IMG/VR virus record: IMGVR_UViG_3300020045_015401
Location: 1-45,280 of that record
DNA from: a virus
Taxonomy: Duplodnaviria > Caudoviricetes
DNA length: 45,280 bases
Direction: 5' to 3' (one strand)
The notes under the pieces are model-generated. The model had not been told where the DNA came from, ran no database searches, and saw nothing but the letters and a program-made list of their open reading frames with translations. Positions 17,594 to 26,413 of this stretch are shown piece after piece. The translations under genes were made by a program, and so were the position numbers. The stretch's first letter is position 1. Each line of letters starts with the position of its first letter.

Positions 17594-17673
17594 AAACCCC
17601 TAAAGAGCCACTACGCATCTTTAAGGGTTTCGGATTAGGGTGTTTCACCTATTTATCTTACCGCAAGTAGTGG
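17594..17673 (-). promoter_or_regulatory. Structured 5' leader (putative attenuator) of the HNH-AP2 cassette
   Basis: Hairpin 17594-17606/17618-17630 followed on the minus strand by a T-tract; loop 17608-17614 is complementary to 17667-17673. Confidence 0.6.
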
Positions 17674-17680
17674 ATTGCTT

Positions 17681-17725
17681 GGCAAAGATAAGGAAACTAT
17701 TTCACATAATTGGAAACTATTTCCA
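17681..17725 (-). promoter_or_regulatory. 45-bp promoter/operator element, copy 2 (identical to 3988-4032)
   Basis: Exact 45/45 direct repeat containing the -7 box TATCTTTG on the minus strand. Confidence 0.8.
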
Positions 17726-17749
17726 AAAACTGCAAAGGTTTCACGTTTT

Positions 17750-17791
17750 AAACGACAACAAACATTTGTAAATGAATAAGATTTACCTTTG
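17750..17791 (+). promoter_or_regulatory. Late-type promoter 4
   Basis: AAACGACAACAAA-CA-TTTGTAAATGAAT (17750-17777), 6 bp spacer, TACCTTTG (17784-17791). Confidence 0.75.
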
Positions 17792-17826
17792 TTGTTCAAT
17801 AAATAATCAATTAAATCAAAACAAAA

Positions 17827-18888
17827 ATGGAAACACAAGAAGTTAAATTGCCATCACACTTGTCTAAAATTTACAAGAATATGGTAGCAGAAGGGTTAAT
17901 AGTAGATAAAAAATATGTAGGCGAGATTCCGTTGGGCGAGTATTTGAAGTCCGTCAAAAGTTCAGATTCTACGGTAGAAACACCACCTACAATTACGGAA
18001 GAAAAAGAGCCTACAATTCCACTATCACAAGTAAGTGAAATGCTTGATAAATTGGTAGCGGAAAAACTAAAAGGAATGAGTTTTGCTCAACCACAGCAAC
18101 CCCAATACCAACCCCAACAAGTAAAAGAAGAATACGACATCGAAGATTTGCCCGAATTTAAGAATTGGGAAGTTCGCGATAGAGAGTATGAATATTTGGA
18201 CGGAAAACCAATTTCGGCTTCAATCCCGTCAAAACATACAGATTTAGTGCCTTTGCAGTACTTTAATAAAGTTAAAAACAAGGTACACATGCTTCGTTAT
18301 TCGAGCAATCAACCCTCGTTTTTTGCTGAAAATCAGAGTAAAGAGCCTGGTTCCGTTTTATTGCCTGAAATTATATTCAAGTATGGCCGACTAAAAGTCC
18401 CTGCAAATGAGATTAATTTGCAGAAGTTTTTACATATTCACCCGTATAAAGATAAAATATTTACAGAATACGATCCAAAAGCTAAATCAAGAGAGATTGT
18501 AGCGAAAGAGAAATTAAACTTGAAAGCAATGGGATTGGTGTTTAGCGTAGGTGAAATAACAAACAGAGCCATTGCATCGGTAGAGTGTCCTCATTACGTT
18601 GATTCTTGGAGCGAAGAATTGCTAGAGGAAGAAATAGTTTCAGTCGCTAAAAAAGACCCTGCAAAATACATCGCATACACCGAAGACCCAACTATAAAAA
18701 TAAAAGGAGTAGTCAAAGGAGCTATGTCTTCAGGGGAATTGATTTACAGTACCTATCGTTGGATGAATAAAAACCGAGAAGTCATTCTTGAGGTAGCGAA
18801 AAATCACGACGAGATGGAAGAAATCGTGAAATACTTTGAGTCAGGAGTAGGAAGAACATTCTATGAGTTCTTGTTGCATTCGAAATAA
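17827..18888 (+). CDS. Conserved post-capsid morphogenesis protein (hypothetical)
   Basis: 353 aa with its own late promoter; LRYSSNQPSFF and LQKFLHIHP motifs; position after the capsid gene as in crAss-like gene order. Confidence 0.6.
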   Translation: METQEVKLPSHLSKIYKNMVAEGLIVDKKYVGEIPLGEYLKSVKSSDSTVETPPTITEEKEPTIPLSQVSEMLDKLVAEKLKGMSFAQPQQPQYQPQQVKEEYDIEDLPEFKNWEVRDREYEYLDGKPISASIPSKHTDLVPLQYFNKVKNKVHMLRYSSNQPSFFAENQSKEPGSVLLPEIIFKYGRLKVPANEINLQKFLHIHPYKDKIFTEYDPKAKSREIVAKEKLNLKAMGLVFSVGEITNRAIASVECPHYVDSWSEELLEEEIVSVAKKDPAKYIAYTEDPTIKIKGVVKGAMSSGELIYSTYRWMNKNREVILEVAKNHDEMEEIVKYFESGVGRTFYEFLLHSK

Positions 18889-18905
18889 AATATTAAAATA
18901 GAACT

Positions 18906-18933
18906 AAAAACCCTACTGATTGGTAGGGTTTTT
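18906..18933. terminator. Bidirectional intrinsic terminator
   Basis: AAAAACCCTAC-tgattg-GTAGGGTTTTT between convergent genes. Confidence 0.85.
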
Positions 18934-18969
18934 TAATGATGTAATACATTTTATGGGTGTAACGGATAG

Positions 18970-19158
18970 TTAGCGGTCAGTTGTACCGACATGCTCCGAA
19001 TTAACATTTTTATTCTGAACTATTTTACCATAAAATGCTTTCAACTTATCACCTCTCTCATAGGCTTCTTGGTGCTCTTTACACATCTGCTTTCCTTTTC
19101 CAACATTCAGTTTGTAGCAGCCATCAACTGCACAGTCGTTTACAAATAATACATTCAT
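18970..19158 (-). CDS. Small putative Zn-binding protein
   Basis: CAVDGC-x11-CKEH pattern; the ATG at 19158 avoids overlap with the upstream ORF. Confidence 0.55.
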   Translation of the reverse strand: MNVLFVNDCAVDGCYKLNVGKGKQMCKEHQEAYERGDKLKAFYGKIVQNKNVNSEHVGTTDR

Positions 19159-19171
19159 TTTTATTTTGGTT

Positions 19172-19351
19172 TTAAGTTTCTGGAAACTCTTTAATGTCAT
19201 TCACGATATTAGAAATACTACCTAATAAATAACCTAAATCATCTTTTGTTTTTTCTGATAACTTATCAAATCCTTTTAAATCAGAAACAGTAAATTTTTC
19301 AATTTTACGCATCAAGGAAATATATCCTCTAATTGTTGTTGGCTTTTTCAT
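19172..19351 (-). CDS. Hypothetical 59-aa protein (not in ORF track)
   Basis: MKKPTTIRGYISLMRKIEKF...KEFPET*; ATGA overlap with the stop of 19348..19599. Confidence 0.55.
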   Translation of the reverse strand: MKKPTTIRGYISLMRKIEKFTVSDLKGFDKLSEKTKDDLGYLLGSISNIVNDIKEFPET

Positions 19352-19599
19352 AATAATATATTTTCAATTTCGTCAGCGTATGAATCAAAGAAATTATATT
19401 GTGATAGAATAAAACTCAAAGCATCATTTATTTCTTCTTCTTTAGAATTTTCATTTACATTAAATGGCTTAATTTCCCAATATTCTTCGCATTTTCTTAA
19501 CAATTTTAATTTTTTAGTTATCGTATCGTCTTCGGGAACAACCGAACCGATAACACTCGTTTGGTTCAATGCCTTATTTTCTTTGTTGTTGTTTTTCAT
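19348..19599 (-). CDS. Hypothetical protein
   Basis: 83-aa ORF downstream of the minus-strand -7 box at 19629-19636. Confidence 0.6.
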   Translation of the reverse strand: MKNNNKENKALNQTSVIGSVVPEDDTITKKLKLLRKCEEYWEIKPFNVNENSKEEEINDALSFILSQYNFFDSYADEIENILL

Positions 19600-19628
19600 T
19601 ACGTTTATTTTTAAGTGAAATTAAAACC

Positions 19629-19679
19629 CAAATGTATGAAATAATTTTACTTAAACAGGACGAATTGGAAATAATTTCC
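19629..19679 (-). promoter_or_regulatory. Promoter of the third antisense cassette, with related GAAA-N3-TTTC operators
   Basis: Minus strand TACATTTG (19629-19636); GAAATAATTTTAC (19638-19650) and GGAAATAATTTCC (19667-19679). Confidence 0.55.
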
Positions 19680-19717
19680 GATAGTAAATGTTTGTTGTCG
19701 TTTATTTTTTATCTTTG
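19676..19717 (+). promoter_or_regulatory. Late-type promoter 5 (tail operon)
   Basis: TTCCGATAGTAAA-TG-TTTGTTGTCGTTT (19676-19703), 6 bp spacer, TATCTTTG (19710-19717). Confidence 0.72.
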
Positions 19718-19734
19718 TTGAAAATACTCGAAGT

Positions 19735-20469
19735 ATGATTTCCATAAACAAGTGCCGAAATACCGTATTGTTATTGTTGGACAAAAACAACAGGGCGTTT
19801 ATTTCTCCTATGGAGTTTGATGCTTTTTGTCATTTGGCTCAATTAGAGCTGTTTGAAAACCTATTTTTTCAGTATAACAAGTGGTTAAATAACCAACACA
19901 GACACATAGCAAACAATGGATTTGCAGATATTCCGAAGAATATTCAGGAGCAAATTGATGCTTTTTCGGAGTTTACTACACCGTCGAATTTCACTTATAA
20001 TGCACCTAATGATGTTTGGTCTTATGATGGTACGGATTTGTACCGTACAAGTGAATTATCATTGGTAAATGCGGCAGGGAAAAAAGCAAGTTGTGAACTA
20101 ACGCCCAAAGGCGACCCGTGGAATAATGCTGTAAATTCAAAAACAAATGCTCCTACACTTACCTTTCCTATTTATACTAAAATTGGGGAAGGATATAGAA
20201 CTTTTCCGATAGCACCTTCAGGATATAAAGCAGAATTACTCTACATCAGGACTCCTAAAACCCCAAAATGGAGCTACATATTAGACGGAAAAGGAAATCC
20301 AACTTTTAATGCGGGAGCATTGGACAGACAAGACATTGAATTGGATGAATCTTTATTCTACCCACTTGTAATGAAAATTATGTCGTTTTGTGGGTTGTCT
20401 ATTCAAGAAGAACAAGTTGTTGCGGCTGCTGCAAATTCAGAGGTAGTAACTGAACAAAAACAATCTTAA
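19735..20469 (+). CDS. Tail ring / head-tail adaptor protein
   Basis: 244 aa; LLLDKNNRAFISPMEFD...AQLELF N-terminus and YIRTPKTP motif resembling crAss-like ring proteins; position. Confidence 0.6.
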   Translation: MISINKCRNTVLLLLDKNNRAFISPMEFDAFCHLAQLELFENLFFQYNKWLNNQHRHIANNGFADIPKNIQEQIDAFSEFTTPSNFTYNAPNDVWSYDGTDLYRTSELSLVNAAGKKASCELTPKGDPWNNAVNSKTNAPTLTFPIYTKIGEGYRTFPIAPSGYKAELLYIRTPKTPKWSYILDGKGNPTFNAGALDRQDIELDESLFYPLVMKIMSFCGLSIQEEQVVAAAANSEVVTEQKQS

Positions 20470-20471
20470 TT

Positions 20472-21341
20472 ATGGCTTCAATGAATCCCCAAGAATACTA
20501 CGAATCGGAAGAAAATCACGGGTCGTATATTTATGTTTCGCTAGAAGAAATGGTGATTAATTTTATTTCGAACTTCACAGGTGATGGAACGATTTTAAAT
20601 AAAGTGCCACGGTCAAAAATACTATACCAATTCAAACAGGGAATCAAAAAATTCTCGATGAATGCTTTGCGGGAAGTAAAAAAAGTGGAATTAGAGTTGG
20701 GCGATACACTCGATATTACATTACCACCAGACTATGTGAATTACGCTAGAATATCATACGTAAACCCCGAAAGCGGCGAATTGATGGTATTGTCCCGTAA
20801 TGAAAAAATAGCGATGGCTACGGCTTATTTACAAGACCACGATGCCGAGATATTATTTGATGAAAACGGATATATTTTAGAGGGTACAACTTATTATTCT
20901 GAACTAAACGATACGGTAAATAAACGGGTTTTTGAGGGCGGTTGCGGATGTGTTCACCCTGATTTCGTAGGTGGTTCTACTAACTTTAGATTAGACCCTA
21001 CACAAAACGCCAATGGTTATTTCAATATTGATACCCGAAGCGGTAAAATACATTTCAGTTCGGATAATGCAAGCAGAGTGATTATGCTCGAATACATTTC
21101 AGATGGATTGGAATACAGCAACGAAAGCGATATTAAGGTTAGTAAACTTGCCGAACAAGCACTCTACAACTACGTGAACTATGAATTAATGAAAACGATA
21201 TTCACGGTTCCAATGTACGAGAAAAATGAGGCTAAAAAAATGTGGTTTGCCGAATATAAAAATGCAAAAATAGCAATGATGGATATTAAGATTTCCGACA
21301 TAATGCTATTCCTTAATGCAAAAAGACAATACTTAAAGTAA
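20472..21341 (+). CDS. Tail tubular/ring protein
   Basis: 289 aa; LPPDYVNYARIS motif typical of P22 gp4/T7 gp11-like adaptors; precedes the tail stabilisation gene. Confidence 0.65.
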   Translation: MASMNPQEYYESEENHGSYIYVSLEEMVINFISNFTGDGTILNKVPRSKILYQFKQGIKKFSMNALREVKKVELELGDTLDITLPPDYVNYARISYVNPESGELMVLSRNEKIAMATAYLQDHDAEILFDENGYILEGTTYYSELNDTVNKRVFEGGCGCVHPDFVGGSTNFRLDPTQNANGYFNIDTRSGKIHFSSDNASRVIMLEYISDGLEYSNESDIKVSKLAEQALYNYVNYELMKTIFTVPMYEKNEAKKMWFAEYKNAKIAMMDIKISDIMLFLNAKRQYLK

Positions 21342-21342
21342 G

Positions 21343-24300
21343 ATGGTAAAATTCCCAAACACGTTTAGTAAAGGTACAGTTAACAAGGATTTGGACGCTC
21401 GATTTATCGGGCCTGATGAATTGATAGATGCCGAGAATTTCTTTGTTGCTACATTGGAAGCGTCAAGCGGCGGGATTGGAAAAAATGCTTTAGGAAATGC
21501 CTTGAAAACCGCTTATAATGTTACAGGAGGACATACTAATGGTCACGGAGTAAATACAAGCAATGGTATGGTTTACAACTTTATGAAAGGAACAAATCAC
21601 GATTATATCTTTGAGTATAACAGTGAAACTTATGTTTCTTCGATTGTAGCGCAATCTACCACAGGAACACGATTAAACTTTAGAACAGGCGAAAGAATTA
21701 CTAATGTAGAAGTTTTAGTTGGAAATACGGATGCTGATACCTTACTGAAATTTTCAGGGGATAGCAACCCTCCACGAATATTAAATATTGCCCGTGCTAA
21801 AACTTGGGGAGTTGACGGATTTACAGCAGAGGAAATAATGCTTATTAAAGCGCCTCCATTGTACCCGCCAACGGTTCAAATGATAAACACATCGGATTTA
21901 AAAGAAAACTTTATTGCCGATAAATATCTTTCATTTGCCACAAGATATAAATACAAAGACAATTATTATTCACCTATTTCTACGTGGCAGGAATACGCTT
22001 TTACTCCTGATAGATTTCAATTGGATTTTTCTTCCTGCGAAAACAAAGGAATGATTAATATCTATAATGGCTGTGATATTACTTTTGCTACGGGGACAAG
22101 AGAAGTAATTGCAGTAGATTTATTGTTTAAATACAGTAATTCAGATGTAGTTTATAAAGTGGATCAATTTGTAAAAACGGAAGAATCTTGGGGGGATAAT
22201 ATCAATATTCCTGCCCCAATACGATTTACAAATAGCAAAGTATTTTCTATCTTGCCCGAAGACCAATATTACAGGTCGTATGATAATGTTCCTGAAAGTG
22301 TAGTTGCATCAACTATGGCAGGTAATAGAGCGATGTTTGCCAACTACAAAGAGAATAAAGATTTAATTGATAAAAATGGTAATCCGGTTGTGATGGATTA
22401 TTCCGTGGGAGTTTCATCAGTAGCGCCACAATCTACTGAATTAATTATTTCAAAATTATCTGCAACTTCAATATTTGATGCTTCGACAATTGTAGATGGA
22501 AAAATACGATTGAATTTTGCGGGAACGAGTTTAGTAAAAAACGGTGCTATTTCTATTTTATTCAACATAAAATCTATTGACATTTCAGGAACGGTTCCAG
22601 GAAGACCAATTTCTACTTTTGATAAATCCTACGCTACAATCTTAGATAAAGATTATGCTAATATACAAGCCGTAATTACGGATGATGCTATCAATGGATT
22701 CAAGTCGGGAATTGAAGGCTATATGAGTGATTTGTTTAAAAACTCATTGGTTTTACCTTCGGGTTCGTTAGCATTTCCGCCATCGTTATTTAACGGATTT
22801 ACAGTTTCAGTTGTAAGCTCGAATGTTATTGATATTATTTTGCCTTCGATGAAATACGAAATAGAAGTATTACCATCGGGCCCTAATACATTTGTAAAAG
22901 AATATTATCAGGAAAGTGCTTCGCTTGTTTCTGTAGATTCTATTGGGAGCAAAAAATCAATGAAAAGCTATCGTAGTTATGAATTAGTAGCGATTTATAA
23001 AGACGCACAAGGCAGAAAAACTACAGGTCTTTCAAGTACTAATAATACGGTTTTTATTCCATTAGAAAAGTCGGCATCGAAGAATATGCTTACTGTAGAT
23101 ATGGGGACAACAAAACCTCCTGCTTGGGCGACAACCTATAAATTTGCCATAAAAGAAAACATCAAAACCTACGAAGAAATTTATGTAGTAGATTATTATG
23201 TAGATGGAAATTTCAGATGGGTTCGATTAGAAGGAGTGAGTAAAAATAAAGTAAACGAGGGCGATATTTTATTGATAAAAAGGGATGCAAATGGTATTTT
23301 AACCAAACCTATAACTGTAAAAGTATTAGAGATAAAAAATCAAGATGCTGACTTTATTTCGGGAGGTGTTACGGAATTAGCAGGAATGTATATGAAAATC
23401 AAACCCGAAGGATTTGGTATGGATTATAATCCTGATGCTTATAAAGAGTATTTAGGGTTTAAAGGCTCAAAATCATCCTATCCTATTGTTAGTCTTACTA
23501 TTCCGCCGTCAACTATTACGGGAAATATCCCTGAAGGTTCTGTACTGACTTTTACATTCAAGAGTAATTTCAGCAATGAAGATGAATTTAACGAATATGT
23601 AGATAAACCATTTATCGCATCAAGCGATTATCCAAATATAAAAGCATTTTATGATGCACAATTAGCATCAGTAGTTTTTCAAGGCACAAATACAGGAGTT
23701 GCTTTTGGAGGGATTTATCCGGTGACTTCTCCTTCCTCAAATGTATTAGAAATAGTTGGAACATCAAATGGTAATGGTTGGAATAAAAGTGGTTTTTTAG
23801 ATGTAAAAGTTTCGCTACGTACTACCGCAGGATTTATGATATTCGAAAATCCTTCCAAAGAAATTGAAACAGGAATTTTCAATGAAACTCCAGACGTATT
23901 CAATATCGTAAATGGAGAACACGAATTTTCGACCAATATTTTATCCAAAACATTCAATTGCTATTCACAAGGAAATGGCGCTGAAAGTTACCAAATAAGA
24001 GATTCATTTAACGAAAAGTATTTGTCTATTGACTTTCCGGTTACGGCAGTTAGTAGCGATAAATACAAGCAAGTAAATCGAAGTACGGACATTTGCTATT
24101 CGGGGGTTTACAATGCAAATACGAATATCAATAAACTGAATGAGTTCAATTTGTATTTGGCTAATTTTAAAGAAGATATTGATAAGAGTTATGGCCCAAT
24201 TGTAAAAATAAAAGGTACAGATTCTAACCTTGAAGTTTGGCAGGAGGATAAAAATAGTACTGTATTTTACGGTAAAGATTTGCTTTATAATGCCGACGGT

Positions 24301-25308
24301 GATTCGAATATGACCAAAGTAGAATATGTTTTGGGCGAACAAAAAATGACTGGTGGTGAATATGGGATTTCCTATCACGCTGAAAGTTGTGATGATTATG
24401 GGGCGAATTCTTATTTTAGCGATACAAAAAGAGGAGTTGTACTAAAGAACAACTTCAACAACGGATTATTCGAGATTTCAAGTCAGGGAATGAATTCGTA
24501 TTTCAAGAAATTATTTCGGAATAATGTGATAAACAACGTCATTGGAGAATACGACCAATACCACGATGTTTATGTGTTGAACGTGAAATACAATACCAAT
24601 CAATATGTAACTTGGATTTATTCTGATAAAGACAATGGATGGTTGGGTAGAATAACTTTCAATCCCGAAGATATGTGTAGGGTAAATGGTAAATTCCTAT
24701 CGTTCTATAACGGTGAAATTTACGAACACAATCAGGCTACAGGAAGAAATACTTTTTATGGGGTAGAATATTTAAGCAAGTTTGTATTTAATTTTTCACA
24801 AGCACCGAGCGAACGAAAAATCTACAAAAACATCGAAATCGAAGGAACAGACGCTTGGGATGTAACGGTAGTTACTGATTTAGATGCAGGGCAAATTGAT
24901 AAAACCGACTTCGCTAATCAAGAAGGTGTAAAACGAGCCTACATAAGAACTTCTAACAGTGTTTTAGACAGTTCTAATCTTTCAGTTCAGGGTATTGGAA
25001 ATTGTACGTTATCTGGGCTTGTTTTAACTTTTGCGTTCCGATTGGAAGATGAAATATCCATTGGAGATACAGTATTGAATCAGGCTAATTTAGTTGTAGG
25101 GAAAATAGTTTCAAAAACCGCCAAAACTTTAACATTAGATGCCGTGGCAAATCTTGTTTCGGGAGATTACGTGATGATTTCTAAATCACAAAGCGCAGAA
25201 TCGAGAGGACTTTTGGGCTACCATTTGCAAGTTTCCGCCCAATTAATGAAAAATACCAAGACCGAAGTGTATGCGGTAAATACCAATGCTACGAAAAGTT
25301 ATGTGTAA
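21343..25308 (+). CDS. Tail stabilisation (nozzle/muzzle, P22 gp10-like) protein
   Basis: 1321 aa; NTFSKGTVNKDLDARFI...DAEN start, FATRYKYKDN, GNRAMFANY and YGISYHAES beta-propeller motifs. Confidence 0.75.
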   Translation: MVKFPNTFSKGTVNKDLDARFIGPDELIDAENFFVATLEASSGGIGKNALGNALKTAYNVTGGHTNGHGVNTSNGMVYNFMKGTNHDYIFEYNSETYVSSIVAQSTTGTRLNFRTGERITNVEVLVGNTDADTLLKFSGDSNPPRILNIARAKTWGVDGFTAEEIMLIKAPPLYPPTVQMINTSDLKENFIADKYLSFATRYKYKDNYYSPISTWQEYAFTPDRFQLDFSSCENKGMINIYNGCDITFATGTREVIAVDLLFKYSNSDVVYKVDQFVKTEESWGDNINIPAPIRFTNSKVFSILPEDQYYRSYDNVPESVVASTMAGNRAMFANYKENKDLIDKNGNPVVMDYSVGVSSVAPQSTELIISKLSATSIFDASTIVDGKIRLNFAGTSLVKNGAISILFNIKSIDISGTVPGRPISTFDKSYATILDKDYANIQAVITDDAINGFKSGIEGYMSDLFKNSLVLPSGSLAFPPSLFNGFTVSVVSSNVIDIILPSMKYEIEVLPSGPNTFVKEYYQESASLVSVDSIGSKKSMKSYRSYELVAIYKDAQGRKTTGLSSTNNTVFIPLEKSASKNMLTVDMGTTKPPAWATTYKFAIKENIKTYEEIYVVDYYVDGNFRWVRLEGVSKNKVNEGDILLIKRDANGILTKPITVKVLEIKNQDADFISGGVTELAGMYMKIKPEGFGMDYNPDAYKEYLGFKGSKSSYPIVSLTIPPSTITGNIPEGSVLTFTFKSNFSNEDEFNEYVDKPFIASSDYPNIKAFYDAQLASVVFQGTNTGVAFGGIYPVTSPSSNVLEIVGTSNGNGWNKSGFLDVKVSLRTTAGFMIFENPSKEIETGIFNETPDVFNIVNGEHEFSTNILSKTFNCYSQGNGAESYQIRDSFNEKYLSIDFPVTAVSSDKYKQVNRSTDICYSGVYNANTNINKLNEFNLYLANFKEDIDKSYGPIVKIKGTDSNLEVWQEDKNSTVFYGKDLLYNADGDSNMTKVEYVLGEQKMTGGEYGISYHAESCDDYGANSYFSDTKRGVVLKNNFNNGLFEISSQGMNSYFKKLFRNNVINNVIGEYDQYHDVYVLNVKYNTNQYVTWIYSDKDNGWLGRITFNPEDMCRVNGKFLSFYNGEIYEHNQATGRNTFYGVEYLSKFVFNFSQAPSERKIYKNIEIEGTDAWDVTVVTDLDAGQIDKTDFANQEGVKRAYIRTSNSVLDSSNLSVQGIGNCTLSGLVLTFAFRLEDEISIGDTVLNQANLVVGKIVSKTAKTLTLDAVANLVSGDYVMISKSQSAESRGLLGYHLQVSAQLMKNTKTEVYAVNTNATKSYV

Positions 25309-25311
25309 AAC

Positions 25312-25353
25312 AAACGATAACAATTATTTGTAAACGGTTATTCAATACCTTTG
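25312..25353 (+). promoter_or_regulatory. Late-type promoter 6 (ejection-protein operon)
   Basis: AAACGATAACAAT-TA-TTTGTAAACGGTT (25312-25339), 6 bp spacer, TACCTTTG (25346-25353). Confidence 0.72.
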
Positions 25354-25367
25354 TTTAAATTAATTTT

Positions 25368-25820
25368 ATGGACAACGCCATTTCAAAGAATGTTCTTAGT
25401 CATAGCATAGACGAATTAGAAGCTGTAATGGTAGATAATTTTCCTCTTATGAGTTTTCCTGTAAAAGAGTATTTTACGGATGGAATTTACACAAGAGAGG
25501 TATTCTTACCTAAAGATTCATTTGTTACCTCTAAGATACATAAAACAAGGCATCAGTTCTTTATTATGCAGGGAAAATGCGTTATTTGGGTAGATGGAAA
25601 AGAGCAAATTGTTGAAGCACCATATATTGGAGTTACCGAAGCGGGAACACGACGAGTAGTTTACGTATTAGAAGATATGGTTTGGGCGACTACCCACGCC
25701 AATCCCGACAATGAAAACTCGGAACAAATAGAAGAAAGAATTATTGAAAAACACGACAACCCTTTGTTGTCATTAGAAATAAAAGAAAGAGTAATTAACC
25801 TTTTAAACGAAAAGCAATGA
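25368..25820 (+). CDS. Cupin-fold protein
   Basis: YTREVFLPKDSFVTSKIHKTRHQFFIMQG...AGTRR...WATTH: double-stranded beta-helix pattern with three His residues. Confidence 0.65.
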   Translation: MDNAISKNVLSHSIDELEAVMVDNFPLMSFPVKEYFTDGIYTREVFLPKDSFVTSKIHKTRHQFFIMQGKCVIWVDGKEQIVEAPYIGVTEAGTRRVVYVLEDMVWATTHANPDNENSEQIEERIIEKHDNPLLSLEIKERVINLLNEKQ

Positions 25821-26407
25821 GTTACATAGCAATAGGAACGGCAGGATTATCAATGATAAGCGGTGGCGTAAAGGCGTTTAGTGCTAATAAGCAAAAAAAG
25901 AAATTAGCTAAGGAAGCCGCTAATATGAAAGAAGTTCCATTGACGAATATCGCCGACGAATTAAAAGTTTCTACGGTGGGCGCAAAAGCAAGACAGGAGG
26001 GGCAATCATCACTCGAAGCAACCCAAATGGCATCATTACAAGAAGCGGGAACACGAGCGATTGGAGTTGGGGCAGGAAGAGTCGCCGCAGGAAGCCAAGC
26101 CGTAAATAAAGATATTGCTGTAAACTTAAACGAGCAACAACAAAATATCGACCAAGTAAGAGCGCAAGATAGTCAACGTATTCAAATGACAAAAGAGCAA
26201 CGACAACAAGCGAAACTAGATGCTTTATCAAGTCAATACAATGCGGCTGCCGACGCAGAACAACAAGGTTATGGAAATATGATTCAAGGAGCAGCTATGG
26301 CGGGAAGTGCATTCGGAGGAACAAGTGCTAAATTAGGAAAAAACACAGGACAATTTAGTTCAAGTAAATACAAAGTCGCTTCCTCGATTAATGACTACAA
26401 AAAATAA
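25817..26407 (+). CDS. Internal virion / DNA ejection protein (small)
   Basis: Gly/Ala-rich hydrophobic N-terminus, Gln/Ala-rich coiled coil; position like P22 gp7/T7 gp14. Confidence 0.65.
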   Translation: MSYIAIGTAGLSMISGGVKAFSANKQKKKLAKEAANMKEVPLTNIADELKVSTVGAKARQEGQSSLEATQMASLQEAGTRAIGVGAGRVAAGSQAVNKDIAVNLNEQQQNIDQVRAQDSQRIQMTKEQRQQAKLDALSSQYNAAADAEQQGYGNMIQGAAMAGSAFGGTSAKLGKNTGQFSSSKYKVASSINDYKK

Positions 26408-26413
26408 ATAATT

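Noticed and set aside
4059-25339. 28-bp partially palindromic repeat as a CRISPR repeat
   Set aside because: Copies are kilobases apart, degenerate and fixed relative to -7 boxes; there is no spacer array or cas gene.
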